NCBI GenBank assembly: GCA_963718285.1
Contig: CAVQYU010000001.1
Span: 11,799-75,798 of the forward strand
DNA: 64,000 nt
Direction of reading: 5' to 3'
Origin: an uncultured Chloroflexia bacterium
GTDB lineage: Bacteria > Chloroflexota > Limnocylindria > Limnocylindrales > CSP1-4
Made by a program: the position numbers and the translations under genes. The notes beneath the pieces were generated by a model. It was given only the letters and a program-made list of their open reading frames with translations, ran no database searches and was not told the origin of the DNA. Below, one piece after another: positions 34,174 to 44,119 of this stretch; within the stretch, counting starts at the first letter, position 1, and every line of letters starts with the position of its first letter.

Positions 34174-34821
34174 TCAGGGCCGCCGCTCGAGCAGCCGCTC
34201 GAAGGGAACCGGATCGTCGTAGGGATCGGGCGGCGCAACGCGCGGCGGGCCGGCCATCGCCCGGGCCAGCTGTCCTGCCGCGCGCTCGACCCGATCCACG
34301 AGGCCGTGGTCGAGGGAGGCGTCGCCCTCGCCCCAGTCCTCCGCCGCGGCAAACACCGCGGTCGGCACAACGGCGGCCCCGAGGTAGGCGAACAACGGCC
34401 GGAGGGCATGCTCCAGGGCCAACGAGTGGCGGGGCGTGCCGGCCGTGGCCCCGATCAGGACCGGCATCCCGGCCAGGCCATCGTGCTTGATCACGTCGAA
34501 GAACAGCTTGAACAGGCCGCTGTAGGACGCGCTGAAGATGGGCGTCACCGCGATCAACCCGTCGGCGGCCAGGACCTGATCGATCCGGGCCTTGAGGTTG
34601 GGGCTGGGGAAGCCGGTCAGCAGGTTGTCGGTCAGGTCGCGGGCGAGATCGCGCAGCTCGATCGTCTCGAGCTCGACGGCCAGGCCGCCGGCCGTCAGCT
34701 CGCGACGGGTCGCATCCGCCAGGCGATCGGCCAGGAGCCGGGTCGAGGAGGGCTGGCCCAGGCCGGCGCTGACGACGAGGAGTGCCCGGCTCGAACGGTC
34801 CTGGGCCGTTGGCTGGGCCAT
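34174..34821 (-). CDS. NADPH-dependent FMN reductase (LLM-partnered, CE1759-type)
   Basis: LLVVSAGLGQPSSTRLLAD...GLIAVTPIFSASYSGLFKLFFD...VLIGATAGTPRHSLALEHALRPLF. It lies directly downstream of an LLM oxidoreductase. Confidence 0.8.
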   Translation of the reverse strand: MAQPTAQDRSSRALLVVSAGLGQPSSTRLLADRLADATRRELTAGGLAVELETIELRDLARDLTDNLLTGFPSPNLKARIDQVLAADGLIAVTPIFSASYSGLFKLFFDVIKHDGLAGMPVLIGATAGTPRHSLALEHALRPLFAYLGAAVVPTAVFAAAEDWGEGDASLDHGLVDRVERAAGQLARAMAGPPRVAPPDPYDDPVPFERLLERRP

Positions 34822-34823
34822 CG

Positions 34824-35978
34824 CTAGCCGGCGGCCAGCTCGACCGGCTCGCTGGCCGGAGGGGTCGAGCTGCCCGGCTCGGCTGAGCCGGAGCCTTGCC
34901 CGGCCGCTCGCTGCGCCGCCAGCAGGCTGGCATGGGTTGGCGCATCGGGGATACCCGAGGCCTTCCGCGCGTCGAACTCCCGCCGGAGGACCGGGACGAC
35001 GAGCTCGCCCAGCAGGTCCATCTGCTCGAGCACGACCTTGAGCGGCAGCCCGGCATGGTCGACCAGGAAGAGCTGGCGCTGGTAGTCGCCCACGATTTCG
35101 CGGAAGCCCAGCGTCCGGTCGATCACCTGCTGGGGTGAGCCCACGGTCAGGGGCGTCTGGCTGATGTAGTCCTCGAGCGACGGCCCGCCGCCGTAGACCG
35201 GGGCGTGATCGAAGTACGGCCGGAACTCGCGAATGGCTTCCTGGGAGTTGCTCCGCATGAAGACCTGGCCGCCGAGCCCGACGATCGCGTGGGCGGCCGG
35301 ACCGTGGCCGTAGTGCTCGAACCGCCGGCGGTAGAGCTCGACCATGCGCTGGACGTGCTCGCTCGGCCAGAAGATGTTGTTGTGGAAGAAGCCGTCACCG
35401 TAGTAGGCCGCCTGCTCGGCGATCTCGGGGCTGCGGATCGAGCCGTGCCAGACGAACGGCGGAACCCCGTCGAGCGGCCGGGGGGTGGAGGTGAAGCCGG
35501 TCAGCGGGGTCCGGAAGCTGCCCTGCCAGTCGACGACGTCCTCACGCCAGAGGCGATGGAGGAGCGCGTAGTTCTCGATCGCCAGGGGGATCCCCTGCCG
35601 GATGTCCTGGCCGAACCAGGGATAGACCGGGCCCATGTTGCCCCGGCCCATCATCAGGTCGACCCGGCCGCCGGCCAGGTGCTGGAGCATCGCGTAGTCC
35701 TCGGCGATCTTGACCGGGTCATTGGTCGTGATCAGGGTCGTCGAGGTCGACAGGATCAGGCGCTCGGTTCGGGCGGCGATGTAGCCCAGCATGGTCGTGG
35801 GTGAGGACGGCACGAAGGGCGGGTTGTGGTGCTCGCCGGTGGCGAACACGTCCAGGCCGATCTCCTCGGCCTTGAGGGCGATCGTGACCATGGCCTGGAT
35901 CCGCTCGGCTTCGGTCGGCGTTCGGCCGGTGGTGGGATCGGTCGTGACGTCGCCGACCGTGAAGATCCCGAATTGCAT
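34824..35978 (-). CDS. LLM-class flavin-dependent oxidoreductase (CE1758-type)
   Basis: MQFGIFTVGDVTTDPTTGRTPTEAERIQAMV...GLDVFATGEHHNPPF...GGRVDLMMGRGN. Intact 384 codons. Confidence 0.85.
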   Translation of the reverse strand: MQFGIFTVGDVTTDPTTGRTPTEAERIQAMVTIALKAEEIGLDVFATGEHHNPPFVPSSPTTMLGYIAARTERLILSTSTTLITTNDPVKIAEDYAMLQHLAGGRVDLMMGRGNMGPVYPWFGQDIRQGIPLAIENYALLHRLWREDVVDWQGSFRTPLTGFTSTPRPLDGVPPFVWHGSIRSPEIAEQAAYYGDGFFHNNIFWPSEHVQRMVELYRRRFEHYGHGPAAHAIVGLGGQVFMRSNSQEAIREFRPYFDHAPVYGGGPSLEDYISQTPLTVGSPQQVIDRTLGFREIVGDYQRQLFLVDHAGLPLKVVLEQMDLLGELVVPVLRREFDARKASGIPDAPTHASLLAAQRAAGQGSGSAEPGSSTPPASEPVELAAG

Positions 35979-36120
35979 CTGATCCTAATTCCTGCTGCTT
36001 CGACCTGCCGCCTGACTGACGGCCTGGCTTCCCGATCCTATCGCAGATCGTTGCGTTGTCAACTATCTGCGCGGCTCGTCCCCGCTCGGCCAAGCATACG
36101 GGGTGGTGCCGGGGGGCCTC

Positions 36121-36148
36121 TTGCCAAACCTGACAATATGCGTATACT
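36121..36148 (+). promoter_or_regulatory. predicted sigma-70-type promoter (TTGCCA-16 nt-TATACT) for the EXLDI/ABC operon
   Basis: TTGCCA at 36121..36126 and TATACT at 36143..36148, in a locally AT-richer island about 45 nt upstream of the GTG at 36192. Confidence 0.45.
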
Positions 36149-36191
36149 CCTACGTATAGCTACTTTGCTGACAGGGAGTTACGATGCTGTC

Positions 36192-36710
36192 GTGCCGAAC
36201 AAGACGATCTACGTCTCCGATGGAGACCTTCCGCTCTACCAGCGCGCCCAGGAGCTGGCCGGCGACAACCTGTCGGCTGCCATCTCGGCCGCCCTTCGGC
36301 GCTATGTCGACGTCGAGGAGGGCCGGCGCGAAGGCTTCGACGAGATCACCGTCCGGGTTGGACCGGGCAAGGGCCGCAAGGTCCGCTTCGTGGGCGTCCT
36401 CCTGGGCGAATGGGCCAACACCTCGTACAGCCGGGGTGAGGTCTTCCGGGTCTATCGCGGCCGCACCGGCAAGTTCGTGGTCCACGTCGAGCGCAGCGCC
36501 GACTACACCGCGGTCGACGAGAACGGCAAGCCGGCCGGCTGGCGAGGCTACCTCGGGCTCGGCAACATCAGCTATGGCTCCACGACCGGCGAGTCGACCC
36601 TCGAGGTCGTCGCGACCCTCGACGAGCTCCGCGAGCGGATTCCGCCCCAGCTCTACGACATGGTCGCCGGCTCGGCCAAGCAGCCGCCCGTCGAAGACCT
36701 CGACATCTGA
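36192..36710 (+). CDS. EXLDI-family protein
   Basis: VPNKTIYVSDGDLPLYQRAQELAGDNLSAAISAALRRYV... ends in ...PPVEDLDI, the family's C-terminal ExLDI motif as I remember it. GTG 36192 is preferred because the ATG at 36138 lies inside the predicted promoter. Confidence 0.6.
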   Translation: MPNKTIYVSDGDLPLYQRAQELAGDNLSAAISAALRRYVDVEEGRREGFDEITVRVGPGKGRKVRFVGVLLGEWANTSYSRGEVFRVYRGRTGKFVVHVERSADYTAVDENGKPAGWRGYLGLGNISYGSTTGESTLEVVATLDELRERIPPQLYDMVAGSAKQPPVEDLDI

Positions 36711-36749
36711 GCTGACCTCTCGGGGCGGCCAGGCCGCCGAGGTCTGGTC

Positions 36750-37706
36750 ATGACCGGCAGCCTGACGCCGGCGATCCGGGTCACCGGCCTGCGCAAGCAG
36801 TACGGCCCGCAGGTGGTCCTCGACGGGATCGACCTGGAGGTCGCCGAAGGCACGATCTTTGCGTTGCTCGGGCCGAACGGCGCCGGCAAGACGACGATGG
36901 TCCGAATCCTGTCCACCCTGATTGCGGCCGACGCCGGCGAGGTCCAGATCGCCGGCCACGACACCGTTCGGGAGCCGGACGCGGTCCGGGCGGTCATCGG
37001 CGTCACCGGCCAGTTCTCGGCGGTCGATGACCTGTTCACCGGCCAGGAGAACCTGCAGCTCATGGCCGACCTGCGTCACCTCGCCCGGCCCGACGGCCGG
37101 CGCCGGGTGGGCGAACTGCTCGAGCGGTTCGACCTCGTCGAGGCGGCCGGAAAGCCGGTCCGGACCTACTCCGGCGGGATGCGCCGGCGGCTCGACCTGG
37201 CCATGACCCTGATCGGCAGCCCACGGGTGATCTTCCTCGACGAACCGACGACCGGGCTCGACCCGCGCAGCCGGCGCGACGCCTGGGCGATGATCGAGGA
37301 ACTCGTGGCCGGCGGCGTGACGATCTTCCTGACCACCCAGTACCTCGACGAGGCCGACCGCCTGGCCGACCGGATCGGCGTCCTGGATCACGGCCGGCTC
37401 GTCGCCGAAGGCACGCCGGCCGAGCTCAAGCGGCTCATCCCCGGCGGGCACGTCCAGCTCTCGTTCGGGGATGCGGGCGAGCTCGAGCGAGCCGCCCGGA
37501 CGTTCGCGGGGGCAACCCGCGACGACGAATCCCTCACGTTGCAGGTTCCGAGCGACGGCGGAGTTCGATCGCTGCGGGCCATCCTCGACACGCTCGAGGC
37601 CGATTCGATCTCGGTCGGCACGCTCTCGGTCGAGAGCCCCGACCTGGACGATGTGTTCCTGTCGCTGACCGGCAAGGGCGACGAACGGAAGGTGGCAATC
37701 CGATGA
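36750..37706 (+). CDS. ABC transporter ATP-binding protein, DrrA/daunorubicin-resistance type
   Basis: GPNGAGKTTMVRIL, YSGGMRRRLDLAMTLIG, VIFLDEPTTGLDP, LTTQYLDEADRLADRIGVL. Intact. Confidence 0.9.
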   Translation: MTGSLTPAIRVTGLRKQYGPQVVLDGIDLEVAEGTIFALLGPNGAGKTTMVRILSTLIAADAGEVQIAGHDTVREPDAVRAVIGVTGQFSAVDDLFTGQENLQLMADLRHLARPDGRRRVGELLERFDLVEAAGKPVRTYSGGMRRRLDLAMTLIGSPRVIFLDEPTTGLDPRSRRDAWAMIEELVAGGVTIFLTTQYLDEADRLADRIGVLDHGRLVAEGTPAELKRLIPGGHVQLSFGDAGELERAARTFAGATRDDESLTLQVPSDGGVRSLRAILDTLEADSISVGTLSVESPDLDDVFLSLTGKGDERKVAIR

Positions 37707-38515
37707 TGTACCCCATGGCCCTGGCCGACTCGGCCACGATGCTCCGCCGGAACCTGCGGCGGATGCGCCGCTATCCATCGCTGACGATCTTCATCGCCGG
37801 CATCCCCGTGGTCCTGCTGCTCCTGTTCGTCTACGTCCTGGGCGGCACGCTCGGGGCGGGCCTTGGCGCGATCCCTGGCGCGGTGCCCGGCCAGGGGCTG
37901 GGCAATCGGACCGATTACATCGCCTATGTCGTGCCGGGGATCCTTCTGATCACCGTCGCCGGCGCGGCCCAGGGCACGGCGATCTCGGTCGCGATGGACA
38001 TGACCGCGGGCATGATCGCCCGGTTCAAGACGATGGACATCGCCCGGGTGTCGGTCCTCACCGGGCACGTGATCGGGAGCGTCATCCAGACGATGCTGGC
38101 CGTGTTCATCGTCCTCGCTGTGGCCCTCCTGATCGGCTTCCGGCCGACCACCGGTCCGATCGAATGGGTTGCGGCGCTCGGCCTGCTGACCCTCGCCGCA
38201 CTGGCGATCTCGTGGCTGTCGGTGGCCCTGGGCATGGTCAGTGGCAGCGTCGAGACGGCCAGCAACCTGCCCATGTTCCTGATCCTCCTGCCCTTCTTGA
38301 GCAGTGGTTTCGTGCCGACCAGCTCGATGCCCGGGGTCCTCGGCTGGTTCGCCCAGGTCCAGCCGTTCACACCCCTGATCGAGACGGTCCGCGGGCTGTT
38401 GCTGGGCACGCCGATCGGCTCCAGCGGGGCATTGGCCGTCGGCTGGTGCGTCGTGATCTCGATCGGTGGCTATCTCTGGGCGCGCCGGCTGTACGACCGT
38501 AGTCCGGCCGCGTAG
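37703..38515 (+). CDS. ABC-2 type transporter permease (DrrB-like)
   Basis: Six predicted TM segments and an ATGA overlap with the ATPase gene. Intact 270 codons. Confidence 0.85.
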   Translation: MMYPMALADSATMLRRNLRRMRRYPSLTIFIAGIPVVLLLLFVYVLGGTLGAGLGAIPGAVPGQGLGNRTDYIAYVVPGILLITVAGAAQGTAISVAMDMTAGMIARFKTMDIARVSVLTGHVIGSVIQTMLAVFIVLAVALLIGFRPTTGPIEWVAALGLLTLAALAISWLSVALGMVSGSVETASNLPMFLILLPFLSSGFVPTSSMPGVLGWFAQVQPFTPLIETVRGLLLGTPIGSSGALAVGWCVVISIGGYLWARRLYDRSPAA

Positions 38516-38577
38516 CCGGGACTTCCGGATCGACGTCGAGGACCTGCGCGACTGCAAGTGCTCGGCAAGGTCCCAAA

Positions 38578-39298
38578 TCAATCTTCGCCCAGGACCTCGA
38601 AGCGCCAGTACGGCCAGTCCCCATCGGTGGTCTCGAACGTTCCCGATGCCCGAAGCGGGATCCGCTCGCCCGACGAACGGCGTTCGTGGCCGACGAACTC
38701 GAGTCGGTAGGGTTCATGGAGGTATCCGGCACGTCCGTGATCGCGCGGCCGATCCGGCGATCGGGCCGAGCGAACGTCGCCGTCCTCATTGACGACGAAC
38801 CGGACGATCGCGTCGGAGTCAATCCCTGGAGCGGCGAGGGTGAAGGCGTCCTCGCCGGCCGCCGACCAGACGAGTCCTCGGGCTCGTGACGCGACGAGTG
38901 GAGCGAACGCAAGTTCCGCAAGATTGCGGACGAGCTGCGACCGGGTCACCTCGGGGCCCCGTGCGGACCCGAGTGGAAGGATGCCCAGCAGTCGGGCTCC
39001 CCCGTAGCCTCCCTCGTCGTCGAGGCGGTCCTCGGCGTCGACCCAAGCAAGACCCAGCCGGAGCCGGGCCTGCCACCGAAAGCCGAGTCCGAGAGGCTTC
39101 GAATGCTTGCTGGCCCTCCCAGTCCATCCATTTCCCGCCAGGTGAACGGCGGATCGAGCCCCGGACGCGGAGCCGCATTGGGGCGGGATCCCCTCCGGTC
39201 CCGACGCCGGCGGCTGGGATTGCCGCCTCCAGCCAGCGGCGAGCGGCGGGTGGGCGCACCGCCACGGCTCGGAGCGCGGGGCGAACGAGGGCGCTCAT
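38578..39298 (-). pseudogene. hypothetical protein, about 2 frameshifts
   Basis: The C-terminal 123-codon ORF (38578..38949: ...LAELAFAPLVA...YLHEPYRLEFVG...WPYWRFEVLGED) continues upstream in other frames (MRLRVRGSIRRSPGGKWMDWEGQQAFE...). The family is uncertain. Confidence 0.4.
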
Positions 39299-40680
39299 CG
39301 GTCGCTCGCAGTGAAGTCACCAAGGGGCGTACCGGCACGGACCGACGCCACAACGTCGGTGATCGCGTTGCTCGCCACGATCGCGCCCGCGGGGCTCTCG
39401 ATGAGCGAGTCGTGGGTCAGGTCGCGCAAGACCCGATGCGACACATTCGTCGACAGGGTGGCGAGGCGGTCCTGCTGGGCGAGCCAGCCGTCAAGGGGCT
39501 CCAGCGCGGCTGTCACGACCACGAGAGGCCGGTCGCCCAGGTCGGGGAGGGCCCCGGCGGCATCGAGGATGCCGCCGAGCTGGGCGAACTCATCAGCGAA
39601 GCTTGAGACCCCCTGCGGGGTGGATTCAGCGGCGTGTCGGCGCGCCTGCACGTCGGCCGGCAGCTCGCTCGACCCGATGGACGTCACGAGGCGCGCGACG
39701 CCGACACGAGCCAGGGCCGGCAGGATGCCCGACAGTGTGCTGACGGGAGTCGACCCAACGTATCCGGGCGGCTGCACCGGCGCCGCGTGGGGAAACTGCG
39801 CGTCGAGCAGGACGACCCCGGAGACCTCGTTAGGGTACGCGGCAGCAAAGAAGCGCACGTACACGCCACCCGACGAATGCCCGGCCAGGATGTAGGGGCC
39901 GGGGTTGCCGGACGCCACGAGCAGGGCGTGCAGGTCGCGGGCGATGGCAGGACCGTCCTGGGGGCCGGCTGCGGGCTCGCTGCTGCCGCGGCCAGCGCGG
40001 TCGTAGGCGCACACCCGGGTGGTCTCGGCGACCTTCGGCAGGATACGTGCGAAGTAGGCCGCACCCTGGCCGAGACCGCCCTCGAGCACCACGGTCGGGC
40101 TCCCCGTGCCGCTACACGAGATGAAGAGCCTGTGTCCACCGACGTCGACCAGCGCGCCGCCGTCGGTAGACCGACCGCCGTCCGTCGCCTCGGTGACCGC
40201 CTCCATCGCCCCGCCGATGGCGAGGAGGGCCAGGACCCCGACAACGGGATAGAGGAGCAACCGTGACCGGCCCGGCACGTCGCGACGCACGCGCAAGATC
40301 AGCCAAGCCGCGAGCGCCAACACCGGGAGCGGCCAAATCCACGCCAGGACGCCCATCACCGCGGCTCCCGGTGCAAGCACGACGAGGGCCAGCCCGGTCA
40401 CGCCCAGGATGCCAGCGGGCACGAGCGACCACATCTGCGGGTGGCGCGTGAACCGGATGCAGAGTAGGGCCAGCAGCCCCCAGCCGATGCCCCAGCCGAG
40501 CAGGCCGGCGCCGGTCATCCGGCTCTCGCCGCCCCCCGCCGCCGGCCCGAGGGCAAGGACGATCGGGAGCACGAAGCCGGCGATCAGCGAGCCTCCCACA
40601 GCGAGGAAGAGTCGGCGCGAGTGCGCCGGTTGTGCGTTCTGAGTCAGACCGCTCACTTCGGCCGACAGTCGGATCGCCAT
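39295..40680 (-). CDS. alpha/beta-fold hydrolase with a multi-TM N-terminal domain
   Basis: ATG at 40680 follows AAAGGGGA. About 5 TM helices precede VVLEGGLGQGAAYF...AYDRAGRGSS...ILAGHSSGGVYV (GxSxG nucleophile elbow). Confidence 0.8.
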   Translation of the reverse strand: MAIRLSAEVSGLTQNAQPAHSRRLFLAVGGSLIAGFVLPIVLALGPAAGGGESRMTGAGLLGWGIGWGLLALLCIRFTRHPQMWSLVPAGILGVTGLALVVLAPGAAVMGVLAWIWPLPVLALAAWLILRVRRDVPGRSRLLLYPVVGVLALLAIGGAMEAVTEATDGGRSTDGGALVDVGGHRLFISCSGTGSPTVVLEGGLGQGAAYFARILPKVAETTRVCAYDRAGRGSSEPAAGPQDGPAIARDLHALLVASGNPGPYILAGHSSGGVYVRFFAAAYPNEVSGVVLLDAQFPHAAPVQPPGYVGSTPVSTLSGILPALARVGVARLVTSIGSSELPADVQARRHAAESTPQGVSSFADEFAQLGGILDAAGALPDLGDRPLVVVTAALEPLDGWLAQQDRLATLSTNVSHRVLRDLTHDSLIESPAGAIVASNAITDVVASVRAGTPLGDFTASDR

Positions 40681-40890
40681 GTGGTCCCCTTTCCGAACGG
40701 TTGAGCTTCGACGCGTCCGAATGGAGCGTCGGCTCGCCGTCTCTCGTGGGACCGTAGGCGCGACGTAGCGGGCCACCATCGGGGTCAGCCATCGTTCGGG
40801 CACAGGGTCTGCCCGGATGCGCGTGCCGTAGGATGGGTGGGCGATCCCGCTCGGGTCGCGTCGCTTGACCGGCATTCGAGGGAGGACGCC

Positions 40891-42681
40891 TTGGTCAGCA
40901 CGCTGTCGGCGCGGGGCTCGGGGACGACCTTGGCCTGGGCTCTCGCCCTGCTTTTCATCGCAGCTGCCGCGCTCGGTTTGGCGATGCTCGTCGGCAACGC
41001 CCAGCTGGGTCCGCTCGGACTCGGCGCCGTGCTCGAGGTGCTTGTCGGCTGGTCGTTTGCCGCTTGTGGCATCTATCTCTGGGCGCGTCGGCCGGCCAAT
41101 CGCCTCGGGCCGCTGATGACGATCGTCGGATTCTTGTGGCTGCTGGGGCGGACCATGACGCTGGCATCCAATCCCGCGGTGTACACAGCGGGCCTCTGGC
41201 TAACCGACCTCTGGGCGGCTGGGTTCGCCCTGTTTCTGCTGTCGTTTCCGACCGGCCATCTCGCCTCGCGATCCGACCGCGCGATCGTCGGCATCTTTGT
41301 GTTCGTGACCGTGCCGCTCGAGTTCCTCTGGCTCCTGTTCCTGGTGCCCGAGAACGGCCTGAACGCGCTGGGAATCGCGGCCGACCCTACCGCGGCTCAC
41401 GTGGTCGACACGATCCAGCGGGTCGCGATCTCGGTCGGTGCCGTGCTTCTGGTCGCGGCCGTCGTTCGGCGATGGCTCCGATCCAGCGACCCGGTTCGCC
41501 GCCAAATGGTGCCGGTCCTCGCAGGCGCGGTTGGGATCCTGTTGCAGTCAGCTTCGTGGATCTTTTTCTCGTCAGGGACATCGCTCGAGGCGCTGGACAA
41601 CCTGATCTTCCTGGCCCAGATCGCGATCCCGATCGCGGTCCTGTCGGTGATCCTCCGCGCACGAATGGCCCGCGCCGCCATCGCGGACCTCGTCGTCGAG
41701 CTCGGTCAGACCCCGACGCCGGCCCGCCTCCGCGACGCACTCGCCAGCGCGCTCGGTGATCCTGGGTTGCTGGTGGCCTACTGGGCACCGATCCAGGATC
41801 GCTTCGTCGATGCGGTCGGCGTAACGGTCGAGTTGCCCGAGGACGGGACCGGCCAGGCCGTCACGATGCTCGAGCGGGACGGTGTCCGCAAAGCGGCGAT
41901 CATCCACGACGCGATCCTCCTCGAGGAGCCGGGCTTGATCTCATCGGTGGCAGGTGCCATGTGGCTGGCGGTCGAGAACGACCGTCTCGCGAGCGAGGTC
42001 GAGGCACAACTCATCGAGGTCCGCGCCTCGCGCGCACGGATCGTCGCCGCAAGCGACGCCGAGCGTCAGCGCCTGGAACGCGATCTCCATGACGGCGCTC
42101 AGCAGCGGCTCGTGGCGTTGACCCTCGCCCTGCGTCTCGCAAGGACGCACCTCGGCGACGACGCCGATCCGTCGGTCAGGCTCAGCCTGGAGCAGGCGTC
42201 CGACGAAGCGAAGGCCGCGCTCGCCGAACTGCGCGAGCTTGCCCGCGGCATCCACCCGCAGATCCTGACTGAGGCGGGCCTCCATGCCGCGATCGAGTCC
42301 CTCGCGGGTCGGACACCCGCGATCGTTACGATCAGGATCGATCCGGACGCCCGTTTCGCGCCGTCGATCGAGGCAATTGCCTATTTCGTGGTGTCTGAGT
42401 CGCTCGCCAATATCGCCAAGTACGCCGAGGCCAGCACTGTTCTGGTCCAGGCACAATGGCAGGACAGCGTCCTAACGGTCGAGGTCGCCGATGATGGGCG
42501 CGGTGGCGCCGATCCCGGGACCGGCACCGGCTTGCGCGGACTGCTCGACCGCGTGTCCGCCGTTGACGGGACACTCGAAGTGGTCAGCCCGCGTGGGGGC
42601 GGGACACGGATCGTGGCCAGGATCCCGAGCGCAGCGCCCGCGCATGGAGCCGAGCGGGTGACTGCGCGGCTCGCGACTTGA
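40891..42681 (+). CDS. sensor histidine kinase (HisKA_3/NarX-type) with a large polytopic membrane sensor domain
   Basis: TTG at 40891 follows GAGGGAGGA. About 300 aa of TM helices precede ERQRLERDLHDGAQQRLVAL (H-box), SESLANIAKYA (N-box) and GTGLRGLLDRV (G-box). Confidence 0.85.
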   Translation: MVSTLSARGSGTTLAWALALLFIAAAALGLAMLVGNAQLGPLGLGAVLEVLVGWSFAACGIYLWARRPANRLGPLMTIVGFLWLLGRTMTLASNPAVYTAGLWLTDLWAAGFALFLLSFPTGHLASRSDRAIVGIFVFVTVPLEFLWLLFLVPENGLNALGIAADPTAAHVVDTIQRVAISVGAVLLVAAVVRRWLRSSDPVRRQMVPVLAGAVGILLQSASWIFFSSGTSLEALDNLIFLAQIAIPIAVLSVILRARMARAAIADLVVELGQTPTPARLRDALASALGDPGLLVAYWAPIQDRFVDAVGVTVELPEDGTGQAVTMLERDGVRKAAIIHDAILLEEPGLISSVAGAMWLAVENDRLASEVEAQLIEVRASRARIVAASDAERQRLERDLHDGAQQRLVALTLALRLARTHLGDDADPSVRLSLEQASDEAKAALAELRELARGIHPQILTEAGLHAAIESLAGRTPAIVTIRIDPDARFAPSIEAIAYFVVSESLANIAKYAEASTVLVQAQWQDSVLTVEVADDGRGGADPGTGTGLRGLLDRVSAVDGTLEVVSPRGGGTRIVARIPSAAPAHGAERVTARLAT

Positions 42682-42752
42682 TCGCGAGGTGTCACGATGA
42701 TTTGCGGGTTAACCCTGTAGGGTTGAACCGGGTCGAGCACGATGATCGCGCC

Positions 42753-43109
42753 GTGACCACCATCCTGATCATCGATGATCACGCCGCATTCCGAGCCCAG
42801 GCGCGCGCCCTACTTGTCGCCGGCGGCTTTTCCGTGATCGGCGAGGCGGTTGATGGGACATCCGGCCTTGAGGCCGCACGCAGGCTTCGGCCAGACCTCG
42901 TCCTGCTCGACATCAGCCTGCCTGATGTCGAAGGATTCGAGGTCGCCAGAGAGCTCGCAGCCACCGGACCGCCGCCGTTCGTGGTCCTGACATCGAGTCG
43001 CGAGGCGAGCGAGTACGGCCCGCGACTGACGAGCAGCCAGGTCCTCGGGTTCATCTCCAAGGACGAGCTATCGGGTGAGGCGATCCGGGCACTGGTGCCT
43101 CTGGCATGA
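42753..43109 (+). CDS. stand-alone receiver-domain response regulator (no output domain)
   Basis: [21 protein letters not shown]...[22 protein letters not shown]...VVLTSS. About 119 aa from GTG 42753. Confidence 0.75.
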   Translation: MTTILIIDDHAAFRAQARALLVAGGFSVIGEAVDGTSGLEAARRLRPDLVLLDISLPDVEGFEVARELAATGPPPFVVLTSSREASEYGPRLTSSQVLGFISKDELSGEAIRALVPLA

Positions 43110-43765
43110 CGCTCCGCATCGTTCTTGCGGACGACTCCGTGCTGCTTCGTGAAGGGATCGCCCGGCTCCTGACTGAGGCGCGGTTCGCGGTCGTCGGCCA
43201 GGCAGGAGACTCCGTCGGGCTCTTGGAGGCCGTCCGCGAGCACAAGCCGGACGTCGCGATCGTGGACATCCGGATGCCGCCAACGCACACGGATGAGGGT
43301 CTCCGTGCCGCTGAGGCGATCCGCGCCGAGCACGGGACGAGCGTCGGGATCCTCGTCCTGTCGCAGTATGTCGAGACGAGCTTTGCCCTGCGCCTCGTCG
43401 CCGATGGGGCTGGTGGCGTGGGCTACCTGCTGAAGGACCGCATCGACGACCTGGACGACTTCGCCGACGCCATCCGGCGGATCGCTCGTGGCGGCTCCGT
43501 GATCGACCCCGAGGTCGTCGCCCAGCTCGTCGGTCGCCGGCGCACCCGAGTCCCGCTCGACGACCTGTCCGAGCGCGAGCGCGAGGTGCTCGCGCTGATG
43601 GCCGAGGGTCGCTCGAACCAGGCGATCTGCGACGCGCTCTTCCTTGCCCCGAAGACGGTCGAGGCCCACATTGCCAACATCTTCTCGAAACTCGAGCTCC
43701 TGCCGGCGCCCGACGATCATCGCCGGGTGCTCGCCGTCCTGGCCTATCTGCGTGGTCCGGGCTGA
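43106..43765 (+). CDS. NarL/LuxR-family response regulator
   Basis: [15 protein letters not shown]...[12 protein letters not shown]... plus a C-terminal [46 protein letters not shown]. Confidence 0.9.
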   Translation: MTLRIVLADDSVLLREGIARLLTEARFAVVGQAGDSVGLLEAVREHKPDVAIVDIRMPPTHTDEGLRAAEAIRAEHGTSVGILVLSQYVETSFALRLVADGAGGVGYLLKDRIDDLDDFADAIRRIARGGSVIDPEVVAQLVGRRRTRVPLDDLSEREREVLALMAEGRSNQAICDALFLAPKTVEAHIANIFSKLELLPAPDDHRRVLAVLAYLRGPG

Positions 43766-43875
43766 GCCACAGACGCTCCGGCTCGGTTCCGTCAGTGAGG
43801 GCGTTTGTCACGGAGGTTGGCGACGGAGTCGGGGAGGTCGCCCGGACTCGCGGAAAGAGCCCAAGTACCAGGGAA

Positions 43876-43950
43876 TGGCTCCGGCGGTAGGACTCGAACC
43901 TACGACCAAGCGGTTAACAGCCGCCCGCTCTACCACTGAGCTACGCCGGA
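43876..43950 (-). tRNA. tRNA-Asn (anticodon GTT), CCA encoded
   Basis: The reverse complement folds as TCCGGCG-TA-GCTC-AGTGGTA-GAGC-G-GGCGG-CTGTTAA-CCGCT-TGGTC-GTAGG-TTCGAGT-CCTAC-CGCCGGA-G-CCA, a canonical cloverleaf with GTT at positions 34-36. Confidence 0.9.
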
Positions 43951-44119
43951 GCGAGGACCGCTCGCCGAGCGGTCGTTGGGGGCCGGCCGAAAGCCGGGCC
44001 GCGCCGGGCGAAGGATAGCACGGGCCGGGTTCGAATTCGGCTCGGCCGGCCTCACGGGATTCGACTCAGTTGGGACCACCGGCCGGGCCTGGTTCGAAGC
44101 CGGCTGGCATACTCCGGTC

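Noticed and set aside
43976-44119. tRNA-like fragments (GGGTTCGAAT, TGGTTCGAAG; a 10-bp stem GGCCGGCCGA/TCGGCCGGCC) between tRNA-Asn and the rhodanese gene. These could be a second tRNA, a tRNA pseudogene or an attachment-site remnant.
   Set aside because: I could not build a cloverleaf: no D-arm or anticodon arm, and a non-canonical 8-nt T-loop. There is no match to the tRNA-Asn 3' end, and no integrase is nearby. It is probably just a GC-rich hairpin.
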